Origin: an uncultured Chloroflexia bacterium
GTDB taxonomy: Bacteria; Chloroflexota; Limnocylindria; Limnocylindrales; CSP1-4
Assembly: GCA_963819655.1 (NCBI GenBank)
Contig: CAWFXA010000002.1
Span: forward strand, 448,001-512,000
Reading direction: 5' to 3'
DNA length: 64,000 nucleotides
The notes under the pieces were generated by a model. It was given only the letters and a program-made list of their open reading frames with translations, was not told where the DNA came from and searched no databases. The position numbers and the translations under genes are program-made. Numbering within the stretch: the first letter of the stretch is position 1; each line of letters begins with the position of its first letter. Shown piece after piece: positions 54,531 through 63,900 of this stretch.

Positions 54531-56422
54531 ACACGTACATCGACGGGCGTCCAGCGGAACGACGGTTCTCGCGGTTCGTCGTGTTCGGGCTGGCGGTCGT
54601 CCTGGCACTCGGCACGCTGACAGCTCGACTGTTCTACCTCCAGATCACCAATGGGACCGAGTTCAGCGCCATTTCGGACCGCCAGCGCACCGTCGACGAG
54701 CCGATCCCCGCGCCACGCGGGTACATGTACGACCGGAACGGCCGGCTGCTTGTCACGAACGTGCCGACGTTCGCCGTCAAGGTTCGGCCGGCGGACCTCC
54801 CCGACTCGATGCGAGATGACGTCGTTGCTCGACTCGGGGCATTGCTGTCGATGGATCCGGCCGAGATCAACGCGACGATCGACGGGAACCCTGGCTCGGC
54901 CTTCGATCTCGTCCGTGTGGCACAGGACGTGGACCGCGAGACCGCCCAGTTGATCTCGGAGGCCGGCTACGAGCTGCCCGGCGTCGAAGTCGCCGTCGAG
55001 GCACGCCGCGAATACACCGATGGGGCATTGATGTCCCAGCTCCTCGGGTACACGGGTCCGGTCTCGGCCGAACAGCTACCCGACCTGCGCGAGAAGGGCT
55101 ATCAACCGGATGACCTGCTCGGACAGGTCGGGCTGGAGGCACAGTACGAAACGGAGCTCCGCGGCACGTACGGCGTCCAGACCGTGGCGCGCGACAAGAC
55201 CGGCCGGCGGACGCAAGTGCTGCAGACCGTCAGTGACGCCGTCCCCGGCGCCTCACTCACCCTGACGGTCGATACCAAGACCCAGAAGAACGCCCAGAAG
55301 GCCCTCAAGTGGGCGATGGACAAGGTCGGGATGACTCGTGGTGTCGTGATCGCGATGAACCCCCAGACGGGTGAGATCCTCGCGATGGTGAGCCTCCCCA
55401 CGTACGACAACAACAAGTTCGCGCGTGGCATCAGTGCGGCCGAGTACAAGAAGCTGCTCAAGAACAAGGACAAGCCGTTGCTGAATCACGCGATCCAGGC
55501 GCACTACGCGCCCGGGTCGACCTACAAGCTCGTGACCGGCACGGGCGGCCTGGCGGACCGCGAGATCACCGAGTCGACCCGAGTCCTGACGAAGGGCTTC
55601 CTGACGCTCGGCGATACGAAGTTCTACGAGTGGAACCGGCGTGGCTGGGGTCCGTGCGACATCTATTGCGGATTCGGTCATTCGAGCGACACGTTCTTCT
55701 ACCAGGTCGCCGGGATGCTCGGGATCGACCGGCTGGCCTACTGGGCACGGCAATACGGGTTCGGCGCCCCGACCGGCGTGGACCTTCCTGGTGAAGTCGA
55801 AGGTATCGTCCCGGACAACGCATGGAAGCAGGATGTCCTTGGTGCGCCAGTGTTCCCGGGCGAGACATACCAGGCCGGCATCGGCCAGGGCTACGACGCG
55901 GTCACACCGCTGCAGCTGATCAACGCGTATGCCGCACTGGCGAACGGCGGGAAGCTCTACCAGCCGCAGATCGTGCGCGACGTCATCGGCCCGAATGGCG
56001 AGATCGTGCGTCCGTTCAAGCCGAAGGTGCTCCACAAGCTCAAGGTGAAGTCGGGCGTGCTGCGCACGATGAGGCTCGCGGCCCGCGAGACCGTGACGCT
56101 GCGCCACACGTACAACCTGGTCGACCTGCCGATCAAGATCGCCGGAAAGTCCGGGACGGCTGAATTCGGGACCCCGGACTCCAAGGGCCGCCTGCCCTAC
56201 TCATCGTTCTTCGTCGGGTTCACGCCGAAGGACGCGCGCCACGGCTCTTTCGCCGACCATGATTCCCAGCTCATCGTGATGGCATTCGCGCACGACTCCC
56301 GCACGAAGGGCAATGCCGCGACAGAGATCGTGAAGTACTTCTTCCAGCTCCACTACGGGATCGACAAGGATTACCGTCTCTCGGAGAACATGGAGCGCAC
56401 GAACTTCTACTCGAACGACTGA
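54527..56422 (+). CDS. mrdA: penicillin-binding protein 2
   Basis: RLFYLQI, APRG, STYK, SSD, KSGT motifs. Confidence 0.95.
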   Translation: MNTYIDGRPAERRFSRFVVFGLAVVLALGTLTARLFYLQITNGTEFSAISDRQRTVDEPIPAPRGYMYDRNGRLLVTNVPTFAVKVRPADLPDSMRDDVVARLGALLSMDPAEINATIDGNPGSAFDLVRVAQDVDRETAQLISEAGYELPGVEVAVEARREYTDGALMSQLLGYTGPVSAEQLPDLREKGYQPDDLLGQVGLEAQYETELRGTYGVQTVARDKTGRRTQVLQTVSDAVPGASLTLTVDTKTQKNAQKALKWAMDKVGMTRGVVIAMNPQTGEILAMVSLPTYDNNKFARGISAAEYKKLLKNKDKPLLNHAIQAHYAPGSTYKLVTGTGGLADREITESTRVLTKGFLTLGDTKFYEWNRRGWGPCDIYCGFGHSSDTFFYQVAGMLGIDRLAYWARQYGFGAPTGVDLPGEVEGIVPDNAWKQDVLGAPVFPGETYQAGIGQGYDAVTPLQLINAYAALANGGKLYQPQIVRDVIGPNGEIVRPFKPKVLHKLKVKSGVLRTMRLAARETVTLRHTYNLVDLPIKIAGKSGTAEFGTPDSKGRLPYSSFFVGFTPKDARHGSFADHDSQLIVMAFAHDSRTKGNAATEIVKYFFQLHYGIDKDYRLSENMERTNFYSND

Positions 56423-57582
56423 TGGGCGTCATCCGAACCGAGCCGGCGCGCATGACGGACTGGGCGGCACGGTCCGTCGGGGCCGCATGGCGCGCGTTCG
56501 ACCTGCAGCTTGCGACCTACGCCGGTCTTCTCGTCGCGATCGGCCTTGTGATGGCCTACACGAACAGCGTGGAGAATGGCTCAACGCCGCTCGAGGCCGG
56601 CACGACATTCACGCGCGGTCTGATGTGGGCGGGGATCGCTGGTGTCGTGTTCGTGCTCGCCACGGCATTCGACTACCGCTGGTTCAAGACACTGTCCTGG
56701 CCGGTCTACCTGCTCCAGCTCGGCCTGCTGGTGCTCACGCTGGCCATCGGCGATGGGGTCGGGAATTCGGCTCGCTGGATCACGATGGGTCCGCTGACCT
56801 TCCAGTTCAGCGAGCTCGCGAAGGTCTTGATGATCATCGTTCTCGCGAACTACCTCGCGAGCCGACATCACCGACTCGACTCGCTGAGAACGGTCCTCGG
56901 GGCGTGCGTGCTCGTCGGCCCACCGTGGCTGCTCGTCATGCTGCAGCCCGACCTCGGGACGTCGCTCGTGTTCATCGGCATCCTGGCCGGAATGCTCTGG
57001 ATGTCCGGGGCGAGCATGAAGTGGCTCGCGGTCCTGGCGGGTGCAGTCATCGCGATGGTCCCGATCGCGTGGACGTACGTCCTGCGCGACTACCAGAAGG
57101 AGCGACTGACCTCGTTTCTGAACCCGACCCCCGACATCTCGGACTCGGGCTACCAGCTCTACCAGTCGCAGATCGCGGTCGGCTCGGGCGGCTGGTTCGG
57201 GCGCGGCCTCACGAACGGCACACAGGCCCAAGGTGACTTCCTTCCCGTGCAAACCACCGACTTCGTCTTCTCGGTCCTCGCCGAAGAGCTCGGGTTCCTC
57301 GGAGCCATGGTGCTGTTCGTGTTGTTCGCCCTGCTGCTGTGGCGCGTCATCGTCGCCGCCTGGCGATCACGCGACCCGTTCGGGACGCTGTTCGCGTCCG
57401 GGATCGCATCGATGGTGCTATTCCAGCTGTTCGTCAATGTCGGGATGGTCATGGGCATCATGCCGATCACCGGGATCCCGCTGCCGTTCGTGACCCACGG
57501 CGGAGCCTCGCTCGTCAGCATCGCGATCGGGCTCGGCATCATCCAGAGCATCAACATCCGCCAGACCCGCGCCGAGTGGTAG
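56422..57582 (+). CDS. rodA: SEDS peptidoglycan polymerase RodA
   Basis: QFSELAK, QPDLGT, GYQLYQS, TDFVF, TGIPLPF. Confidence 0.93.
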   Translation: MGVIRTEPARMTDWAARSVGAAWRAFDLQLATYAGLLVAIGLVMAYTNSVENGSTPLEAGTTFTRGLMWAGIAGVVFVLATAFDYRWFKTLSWPVYLLQLGLLVLTLAIGDGVGNSARWITMGPLTFQFSELAKVLMIIVLANYLASRHHRLDSLRTVLGACVLVGPPWLLVMLQPDLGTSLVFIGILAGMLWMSGASMKWLAVLAGAVIAMVPIAWTYVLRDYQKERLTSFLNPTPDISDSGYQLYQSQIAVGSGGWFGRGLTNGTQAQGDFLPVQTTDFVFSVLAEELGFLGAMVLFVLFALLLWRVIVAAWRSRDPFGTLFASGIASMVLFQLFVNVGMVMGIMPITGIPLPFVTHGGASLVSIAIGLGIIQSINIRQTRAEW

Positions 57583-57651
57583 AGGCCGGCTAGACGACCG
57601 CTGGTCAAGCGAGTCGCCCGGCCGCGTGGACAGCGCGCACGATCGCGTTCG

Positions 57652-58281
57652 TCAGCGCCGCCGGAACAGGCCCCGTCGCTCGGTCGCGTCTGCGTCGGCC
57701 GAGCGTCGCCGACCCGCGCTGCGCAGGATCGCGTCGACCTCGTCGCGGTACTGCCGGCCGATCGGCGTTCGATCGAGCCACTCGATGTACTCGATATCCG
57801 TTCGCGCGATCTCCCCGAGCGACCAGCCCACGAAGCGCCCGAAGTTCAGCACGCTTCCGGACGGATTGCCAGGAGGTGGTCCGGCGGCGCCGGCGCCGTC
57901 GGCGGTGTGCATCGATGGGTCGTATCCGCCGCCGACCGAGGAGCGCCCGCTCGACCAGTCGCGCGAGACGGTCTCCGGCGGTGTGGGCGACCTCGGCGCG
58001 GACCGCCCGGCGGCAGACCCGGCTGTGACACCCGCATCGCCGCGCCGTGCCATCGCCGCCTCGATGGCGCGCTCTCGATCGAACGCCGCACGCTGGACCG
58101 GGTCGCCGATCTGCTCCCAGGCGACGTTGAGCGCGGCCATGCGCCGGGCGGACTCGGCTCCGGTGGCCACGTCGGGGTGGTATTTGCGGGCCAGCCGTCG
58201 GTAGGCCGCGGCGATGACCTCGTCCTCGGCCTCCGAGTCGACCTGGAGCGTCTTGTACGGGTCGGGCGCCTTGTCTGTCAC
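57652..58281 (-). CDS. J-domain protein with C-terminal DUF3820-like domain
   Basis: DPYKTL...AYRRLARKYHPD; C-terminal LNFGRFVGWSLGEI...YIEWL. Confidence 0.85.
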   Translation of the reverse strand: MTDKAPDPYKTLQVDSEAEDEVIAAAYRRLARKYHPDVATGAESARRMAALNVAWEQIGDPVQRAAFDRERAIEAAMARRGDAGVTAGSAAGRSAPRSPTPPETVSRDWSSGRSSVGGGYDPSMHTADGAGAAGPPPGNPSGSVLNFGRFVGWSLGEIARTDIEYIEWLDRTPIGRQYRDEVDAILRSAGRRRSADADATERRGLFRRR

Positions 58282-59552
58282 GGCCTCGACCTGCCAGGGA
58301 TGCCCGGGTGGACGTCCAGCCCGAGGCCGGCGATCGAGGCTGCCAGGGCCTCCGGCGCGTCCGGGCTGAGGCGTCGGAAGAGGTAGCGCGTGACATCGCG
58401 CATGGCCGCAGCTACCGGCAAGGCGAGGATCGCGCCGAGCAAGCCTCCGAGTGACCCGCCGATGACGATCGCGAACATCACGAGGGCGGGATGCAGCTCG
58501 ATGGCGTCCCCTTGGATCTTCGGCACGAGGAAGTTGTTCTCGATCTGCTGCACGAGCGTGTACAGGACGAGCGCTGCGATCACCGCCTCGAGACCGGCGG
58601 TCGCAGCGAGCAGCACGGCTGGGACCGCCGCGATGATCGGCCCGATGATCGGCAACAGCTCCAGGATCCCGGCCGTCACGGACAGCAGGACGGCGTACCG
58701 ACCGAACACGGGATCGACGAATCGGCTGAGCAGCAGCAGGCCGATGAACGTGAACACTCCGACCGTGACGCCGAGGACCACCTGCGCCCGGACCCACTGG
58801 CCGAAGAGCCGCCGGATGATCCGCATGACCGCCCAGACGTCGAACCGCCACGCGGCCGGCAGGCTCCGGTCGAACTGCTGCGTCAGCGACACCCGGTCCT
58901 TGAGCAGGTAGAACACCCACACCGGCAACAGGATGTAGCCGAAGATCGCACCGACGATGCTCGTGGCCCCTGTCAGGATAGGCAAGAGGGAGGTCGGATC
59001 GAACGATGCTTCACCGCCCGGACCCTGTCCGAGCGACGCGATCATCGAGTCGATCCATTCGCGGACGGCGTCCGGAATGGCGAGTCGCGCGTAGATCTCC
59101 GAGAGCCGGTCGAGCTGCGCCTGCAGCTGCGTCGCGAGACCTGGCAGATCCTGCAGGAACTGGACGATCTCGCTGATCAGGGGTGCAAGCGTGAAGTTGA
59201 GGAACTCGACGATCAGGACGACCGCGATCACGTAGACGATGAGGATCGCCACCGTCCGGCGCACGCCGTGGCGCGCGAGCCAGCGCACTGGCGGATCGAG
59301 CAGATAGACGAGCAGCAGGCCCACGACGAACGGCCGGACCGCGTCGCGGGCCATCCACAGGATGATGCCGATGACGATCGCCGCCACGATCAGGACGGCG
59401 ACCCGCGGCGAGATCGGTGCGAACCGAGGGCCGGCGGGGCTCGAAGCCGGATCGACGAACGGGGGAGGGGGCAGCTGCGGGACCCACTCTGTCGCCGGCT
59501 CCGAGCCGGGCCGTTCAGGCTCGCCGGGAGTGGGCCGATCCGGCTCGTCCAT
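58278..59552 (-). CDS. AI-2E family transporter (PerM-like)
   Basis: YLLDPPV, FYLLKD, LPIIGP, QQIENNFLVPKI, GAILALP. Confidence 0.93.
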   Translation of the reverse strand: MDEPDRPTPGEPERPGSEPATEWVPQLPPPPFVDPASSPAGPRFAPISPRVAVLIVAAIVIGIILWMARDAVRPFVVGLLLVYLLDPPVRWLARHGVRRTVAILIVYVIAVVLIVEFLNFTLAPLISEIVQFLQDLPGLATQLQAQLDRLSEIYARLAIPDAVREWIDSMIASLGQGPGGEASFDPTSLLPILTGATSIVGAIFGYILLPVWVFYLLKDRVSLTQQFDRSLPAAWRFDVWAVMRIIRRLFGQWVRAQVVLGVTVGVFTFIGLLLLSRFVDPVFGRYAVLLSVTAGILELLPIIGPIIAAVPAVLLAATAGLEAVIAALVLYTLVQQIENNFLVPKIQGDAIELHPALVMFAIVIGGSLGGLLGAILALPVAAAMRDVTRYLFRRLSPDAPEALAASIAGLGLDVHPGIPGRSRP

Positions 59553-59572
59553 CGTCCGGCAGACTAGCAGAC

Positions 59573-60319
59573 GTGTCCCGCCCACCCGAGCACGGCGAGC
59601 AGCCTGCGGCTGAGCCTGCGACCGCCCGAGCCCAGCCCGCGCCTGTCGCCGAGCCGCGCCAGCGCTGGCGTCTGGTCGTCGCCCGGTCTGCCGACGCGCC
59701 CGCGCTCGCGCAGCGGGAGGTCGGCGAGGCGTGGACGGCCGCGCTCGAGGGCGCGGGGCTCCCCCTCGTTCGCGCCGACAGCAGCACCCGCACCCGACCG
59801 CGGATCTCGTTCGGGGCGCCGCTGCCGGTCGGCATGGCCGCTGAGGGCGAGCTGATCGATGTGGTCCTTGTCGAGCGCTGGCCGATCTGGCGAGTCCGCG
59901 AAGCCTTGACCGGTCGCCTGCCGGTCGGTTGGCGCCTGGTCGACTTGTTCGACGTGTGGCTGGCGGGTCCGCCGCTCGCGGGCCGGGTCGGTGCCGCCGA
60001 CTATCGGATCACGCTGGCGTCCGCGCCGGACCCGGGCGGCCTCCAGCGCGCGGCCGAGGACCTGCTCGCCACCGAGCGTCTACCACGCGAGCGGGCCAAG
60101 GGAGGCGGCACCGTCACATACGACCTCCGGCCGCTGCTGATCGACCTCGCGATCGAGCCCGGCCCACCGGCGCTCGTCCGGACGCGCACGCGATTCCACC
60201 CCGAGCTCGGCACCGGCCGCCCCGAGGAGGTCGTCGCGGCTCTGCGCGACATGTTCGGCGCGCCTCTCGAGATCGACTCGATCGTCCGTGAGCGCCTTGT
60301 CCTCGTCGACGACCTGTGA
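59573..60319 (+). CDS. TIGR03936 / DUF2344 radical SAM-associated protein
   Basis: PRISFGAPLPVGMAAEGE, YDLRPLL, GRPEEV, IVRERL. Confidence 0.8.
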   Translation: MSRPPEHGEQPAAEPATARAQPAPVAEPRQRWRLVVARSADAPALAQREVGEAWTAALEGAGLPLVRADSSTRTRPRISFGAPLPVGMAAEGELIDVVLVERWPIWRVREALTGRLPVGWRLVDLFDVWLAGPPLAGRVGAADYRITLASAPDPGGLQRAAEDLLATERLPRERAKGGGTVTYDLRPLLIDLAIEPGPPALVRTRTRFHPELGTGRPEEVVAALRDMFGAPLEIDSIVRERLVLVDDL

Positions 60320-60590
60320 CGATCGACGATCGACCGCAGCGGGATCGGACGTCGCTCCTCCGGCTCGCCGTCGCCCTGTCCGTCCTGAGCATCGGGATCA
60401 ACGGGGTCCTCGGCGGGACCGCCGTTACTTGTCGGCCTGGCGAGCGACAGCCTGTCGCTGCTCGGGTTCGGCCTGGATGCCGCGATCGATTCCGTCAGCG
60501 TCGGTGGCGCTCGTCTGGCGCTTCCGGACCGAGGTGCGCGAGCCGCATCGCGCAGAGCGGATCGAGGCCGTTGCCGAGACCGTGGCGTCG
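60316..60590 (+). pseudogene. truncated, frameshifted cation-efflux-like membrane protein
   Basis: Across frames: LAVALSVLSIG..GLASDSLSLLGFGLDAAIDS..SVALVWRFRTE..RAERIE; 3' half missing. Confidence 0.6.
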
Positions 60591-60771
60591 AGACGAAGTG
60601 CCCCGCGCCACCACTTCGCTCATGGCGCCAGGTGACATCCCGTCCATTGAACAAGGGGTTGCCCGAGTCCACGACGTAGCTCTCGATTGACGACCACCAC
60701 GCCCGATGCGCACGCTGGAACTCCGGCGTCTGCTCCATCTCGCCGTGGGCCAGGAATACGAACTTCTTCAT
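60590..60771 (-). pseudogene. truncated YciI-like small protein
   Basis: GGAGG RBS, MKKFVFL...AWW...VVDSGNPL; runs into antisense of the efflux fragment. Confidence 0.5.
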
Positions 60772-60785
60772 GATGCCTCCTCCGC

Positions 60786-61121
60786 TTAGGGTGGGTCCCG
60801 ACGTAGAGCGTCGACGTAGTTCTCCAGGGTCTCGCCATCCGTGCCCCACCATGGATGGAACTGGCCCGTCCAGGCCTGCAGACGGCTGAGTGGCTCCCGC
60901 TCGAGCGCCAAGAGGTTCGTCCGCCCGAGCTTGCGTCGGCTGACCATCGCAGCCTCCTCGAGCACGCGGACGTGTTTGTGAATCGCCGGCAGCGACAGTC
61001 CACGGAGTTCCGCCAGCTGGCTGATCGACCGCGGCTGAGGAGCAAGAAGCCGGATGATCTCGCGCCTGTGCTCGTTTGCCAGAGCATCGAACACCCGGCT
61101 CAAGCCGTCCATGGTCGCCAC
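60786..61121 (-). CDS. ArsR/SmtB family transcriptional regulator
   Basis: FDALANEHRREII, SLPAIHKHVRVLEEA, KLGR. Confidence 0.9.
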   Translation of the reverse strand: MATMDGLSRVFDALANEHRREIIRLLAPQPRSISQLAELRGLSLPAIHKHVRVLEEAAMVSRRKLGRTNLLALEREPLSRLQAWTGQFHPWWGTDGETLENYVDALRRDPP

Positions 61122-61126
61122 CGAAG

Positions 61127-61144
61127 GTTCACCACATGGTTAAC
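61127..61144. promoter_or_regulatory. imperfect palindrome, probable ArsR operator
   Basis: GTTCACCACATGGTTAAC immediately upstream of arsR. Confidence 0.55.
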
Positions 61145-61414
61145 TGTGGACCGCAGAACACGCGCCCGTCAAATCGGCGCACTAGGGGGCCTTGGCTGCT
61201 GAGGCGTCTAAGCCAAGGGGCGCTCCTGTATTCTGTGACGGTCATGGATGCATGCGAGAAGATGAACGTGGCCCTCGGGCACACGTCGCTGGTGGTGGCG
61301 GCCAGCGACGGCCCTGGTGGATAGGCACGACCGAACCACCCTCCCACGTTCTCGCGCGACTGACACACCGAGTGATCTAGCCGGGCCCTCGCGCGCCCGC
61401 TGCGTGTCCTGACC

Positions 61415-62680
61415 ATGGACGTCCTGCTGGCTGGCGGCATCTTCGTCGTCGCCTACGCCCTGATCGCCTCCGAGCGCTTCGACCGCACGCTGGTCGCCCT
61501 GCTGGGCGGGCTGCTCGTGGTGGTCCTCGGGATCATCGACCAGGAGGAGGCGTTCGCCGGGATCGACTTCAACGTCATCTTCCTGCTGGCCGGGATGATG
61601 ATCCTCGCCGGCGGACTGAGTAAGACCGGCTTCTTCGAGTACGTCGCCGGACTGGCCATCCACCGCTCGCGCGGCGAGCCGTTCCGGCTGCTCGTGATGC
61701 TCGCGCTCGCGACCGCGCTGCTCTCGGCGGTCCTCGACAACGTGACGACGGTGGTGCTGCTGACACCAGTGACTCTGTCGATCGCGAGGACGCTCAAGGT
61801 CTCTCCGTTCCCGTATCTCATCAGCCAGATCTTCGCGTCGAACATCGGGGGAACGGCGACCCTCATCGGCGACCCGCCGAACATCCTCATCGGCTCGGCG
61901 GCCGGGCTCGACTTCGCCGACTTCCTCGTCAACCTAGCGCCGGTGGTCCTCGTGATCATGGTCGTCTTCCTCGGGATCCTGCGGCTGTGGTTCCGCCGCT
62001 CGCTGCAGGACGACGAGGACCGGCTGGACGTGATGGCAGCGCTGGACCCAGCGGCGGCGATCACCGATCGGCCGCTGATGATCCGGGCACTGGTCGTATT
62101 GGGTCTGACCCTTGTCGGCTTCCTCTTCCATTCCGTGATCGGCGTGGAGGCGGCGACGATCGCCCTCCTCGGAGCGACCGTCCTGATGATCGTCGGCCCG
62201 CTTGACCCGCACGAGTCCCTGCGCGACATCGAGTGGAGCACGCTGTTCTTCTTCGTCGGCCTGTTCATGCTCGTCGAGGCGGTCGTTCACGTCGGGATCG
62301 TTGGCACGGTCGCCACTGCCCTGGCCGACGTGGTTGATGGACGCCTCGGTGTCGCGACGATCGGCATCCTGTGGGTGTCCGCCTTTGGCTCCGCGATCGT
62401 GGACAACATCCCGTACACGGCAACGGCGATCCCGATCGTCGAGGAGTTGATCGCCACCGGGCTCGACGCCGAACCCCTCTGGTGGGCGTTGGCTTTGGGT
62501 GCGTGCCTCGGCGGCAATCTCACCATCGTCGGCGCCTCGGCCAACATCGTCGTGGCCAACCTCGCTGCCCGCGACGGACACCCGATCACGTTCGGGCAGT
62601 TCCTGCGTTACGGCTCGGTCGTGGTGCTGATGTCGCTCGCGATCTCGACCGCCTACCTGTGGCTCCGCTACCTGGGGTGA
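61415..62680 (+). CDS. ArsB/NhaD (CitMHS-like) family permease
   Basis: IDFNVIFLLAGMM, DNVTT, NIGGTATLIGDPPN, DNIP, LGGNLT. Confidence 0.92.
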   Translation: MDVLLAGGIFVVAYALIASERFDRTLVALLGGLLVVVLGIIDQEEAFAGIDFNVIFLLAGMMILAGGLSKTGFFEYVAGLAIHRSRGEPFRLLVMLALATALLSAVLDNVTTVVLLTPVTLSIARTLKVSPFPYLISQIFASNIGGTATLIGDPPNILIGSAAGLDFADFLVNLAPVVLVIMVVFLGILRLWFRRSLQDDEDRLDVMAALDPAAAITDRPLMIRALVVLGLTLVGFLFHSVIGVEAATIALLGATVLMIVGPLDPHESLRDIEWSTLFFFVGLFMLVEAVVHVGIVGTVATALADVVDGRLGVATIGILWVSAFGSAIVDNIPYTATAIPIVEELIATGLDAEPLWWALALGACLGGNLTIVGASANIVVANLAARDGHPITFGQFLRYGSVVVLMSLAISTAYLWLRYLG

Positions 62681-62889
62681 TGGCGATGCACGACGACGGA
62701 GAGCCGATCAGCCGCGGTCAGGTGGATCGGCGTGCGCAAGACAGACGCGCGTTAGGGAACGTCCTGTGGTTCGTTGCCCACTTCGCGGGGGCTGTGCTCG
62801 TCAACGGCGTCCTCGCGATCCTCGGGATCGGAGCCCTTCAGGAGCTTGGCGTATGGCGGACGCCTGAGGCTTCACCAAATGCCCCGTAG
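62680..62889 (+). CDS. small hypothetical membrane protein
   Basis: TGATG overlap with permease stop; hydrophobic stretch VLWFVAHFAGAVLVNGVLAILGIG. Confidence 0.45.
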   Translation: MAMHDDGEPISRGQVDRRAQDRRALGNVLWFVAHFAGAVLVNGVLAILGIGALQELGVWRTPEASPNAP

Positions 62890-62949
62890 CGGATCAGTCG
62901 CTCGCACAGCTGGTCGTCGTCGTGCGAGCCGCTCACGACGCCGACGGAT

Positions 62950-63900
62950 ATGGCGACGCCCGTGAGCGACTTCGCGATCGCTACGACCGGCCTGAGCAAG
63001 CAGTACCGAGGCGGTGTGCTGGCGGTCGATCAGGTCGACCTACGCGTCGCGTACGGCGAGATCTACGCCTTCCTCGGTCTGAACGGAGCCGGCAAGTCGA
63101 CCACGATCCGAATGCTTCTCGGGATGATCCGACCCACGGCTGGGCACGCGGAGCTGTTCGGTGAACGGGTGGCCAGTGGAGCAACGGACCTGTGGCGGCG
63201 CGTCGGTCACCTCGTCGAGTCGGCGACGGCCTACCAGGAGCTCACCGTTCGAGAGAACCTCGACGTCGCCCGTCGATTGGCCGGAACACCCGACGCCTCG
63301 GGGATTGATCGAGTCCTCGAGCGGCTGGCACTCCAGCCATACGCAGATCGGCGAGCCGGCACGCTTTCGCTTGGCAATCTGCAACGGCTCGCCCTTGCCC
63401 GTGCGCTGCTCCCGTCGCCAGAGATGCTCGTCCTCGATGAACCGGCCAATGGGCTGGATCCAGCTGGTGTGATCGAGATCCGGGAGCTGCTCAGTAGCCT
63501 CGCCGACGAGGGCGTCACGGTCTTCATGTCCAGCCACATCCTCGGTGAGGTCGATCGGCTGGCGACCAGGGTCGGGATCGTCCATCGTGGCCGGCTGGTG
63601 GAGGAGCTGGATCACGACGCCCTGGAGGCGCATCGTGACCTCCGGCTCGAGGTGGAGGCCCGGGACCTCGCGGGTGCCGAGGTCGCGTTGCGGGCGGCGG
63701 GCTTGTCGCCGCGACGGCGCGCGGCAACTGGCGGACCAGCCGTCCTCGAGCTGCGCGAGCCCGGTGCCCGGGCGTCGCCCGACGAGGTCGCAACGCTGCT
63801 CGTCGCCGCGGGCACGCCGCCGACGCGCCTCGCGGTCGCTCGCGAGTCACTCGAGGATCACTTCATCCGCTTGACCACTGGCGACGGCGGGGAACGGTAA
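62950..63900 (+). CDS. ABC-2 exporter ATP-binding protein (BcrA-like)
   Basis: GLNGAGKST, LSLGN, LDEPANGLD, SSH. Confidence 0.93.
   Translation: MATPVSDFAIATTGLSKQYRGGVLAVDQVDLRVAYGEIYAFLGLNGAGKSTTIRMLLGMIRPTAGHAELFGERVASGATDLWRRVGHLVESATAYQELTVRENLDVARRLAGTPDASGIDRVLERLALQPYADRRAGTLSLGNLQRLALARALLPSPEMLVLDEPANGLDPAGVIEIRELLSSLADEGVTVFMSSHILGEVDRLATRVGIVHRGRLVEELDHDALEAHRDLRLEVEARDLAGAEVALRAAGLSPRRRAATGGPAVLELREPGARASPDEVATLLVAAGTPPTRLAVARESLEDHFIRLTTGDGGER

Noticed and set aside
61225-61414. Fluoride or c-di-AMP riboswitch
   Set aside because: Lacks the conserved cores I know for these families (GGCGATGG..CGCC..GCT.ATG; GCTGAATCC..GGGGTGAA..GTCAGCTAA).
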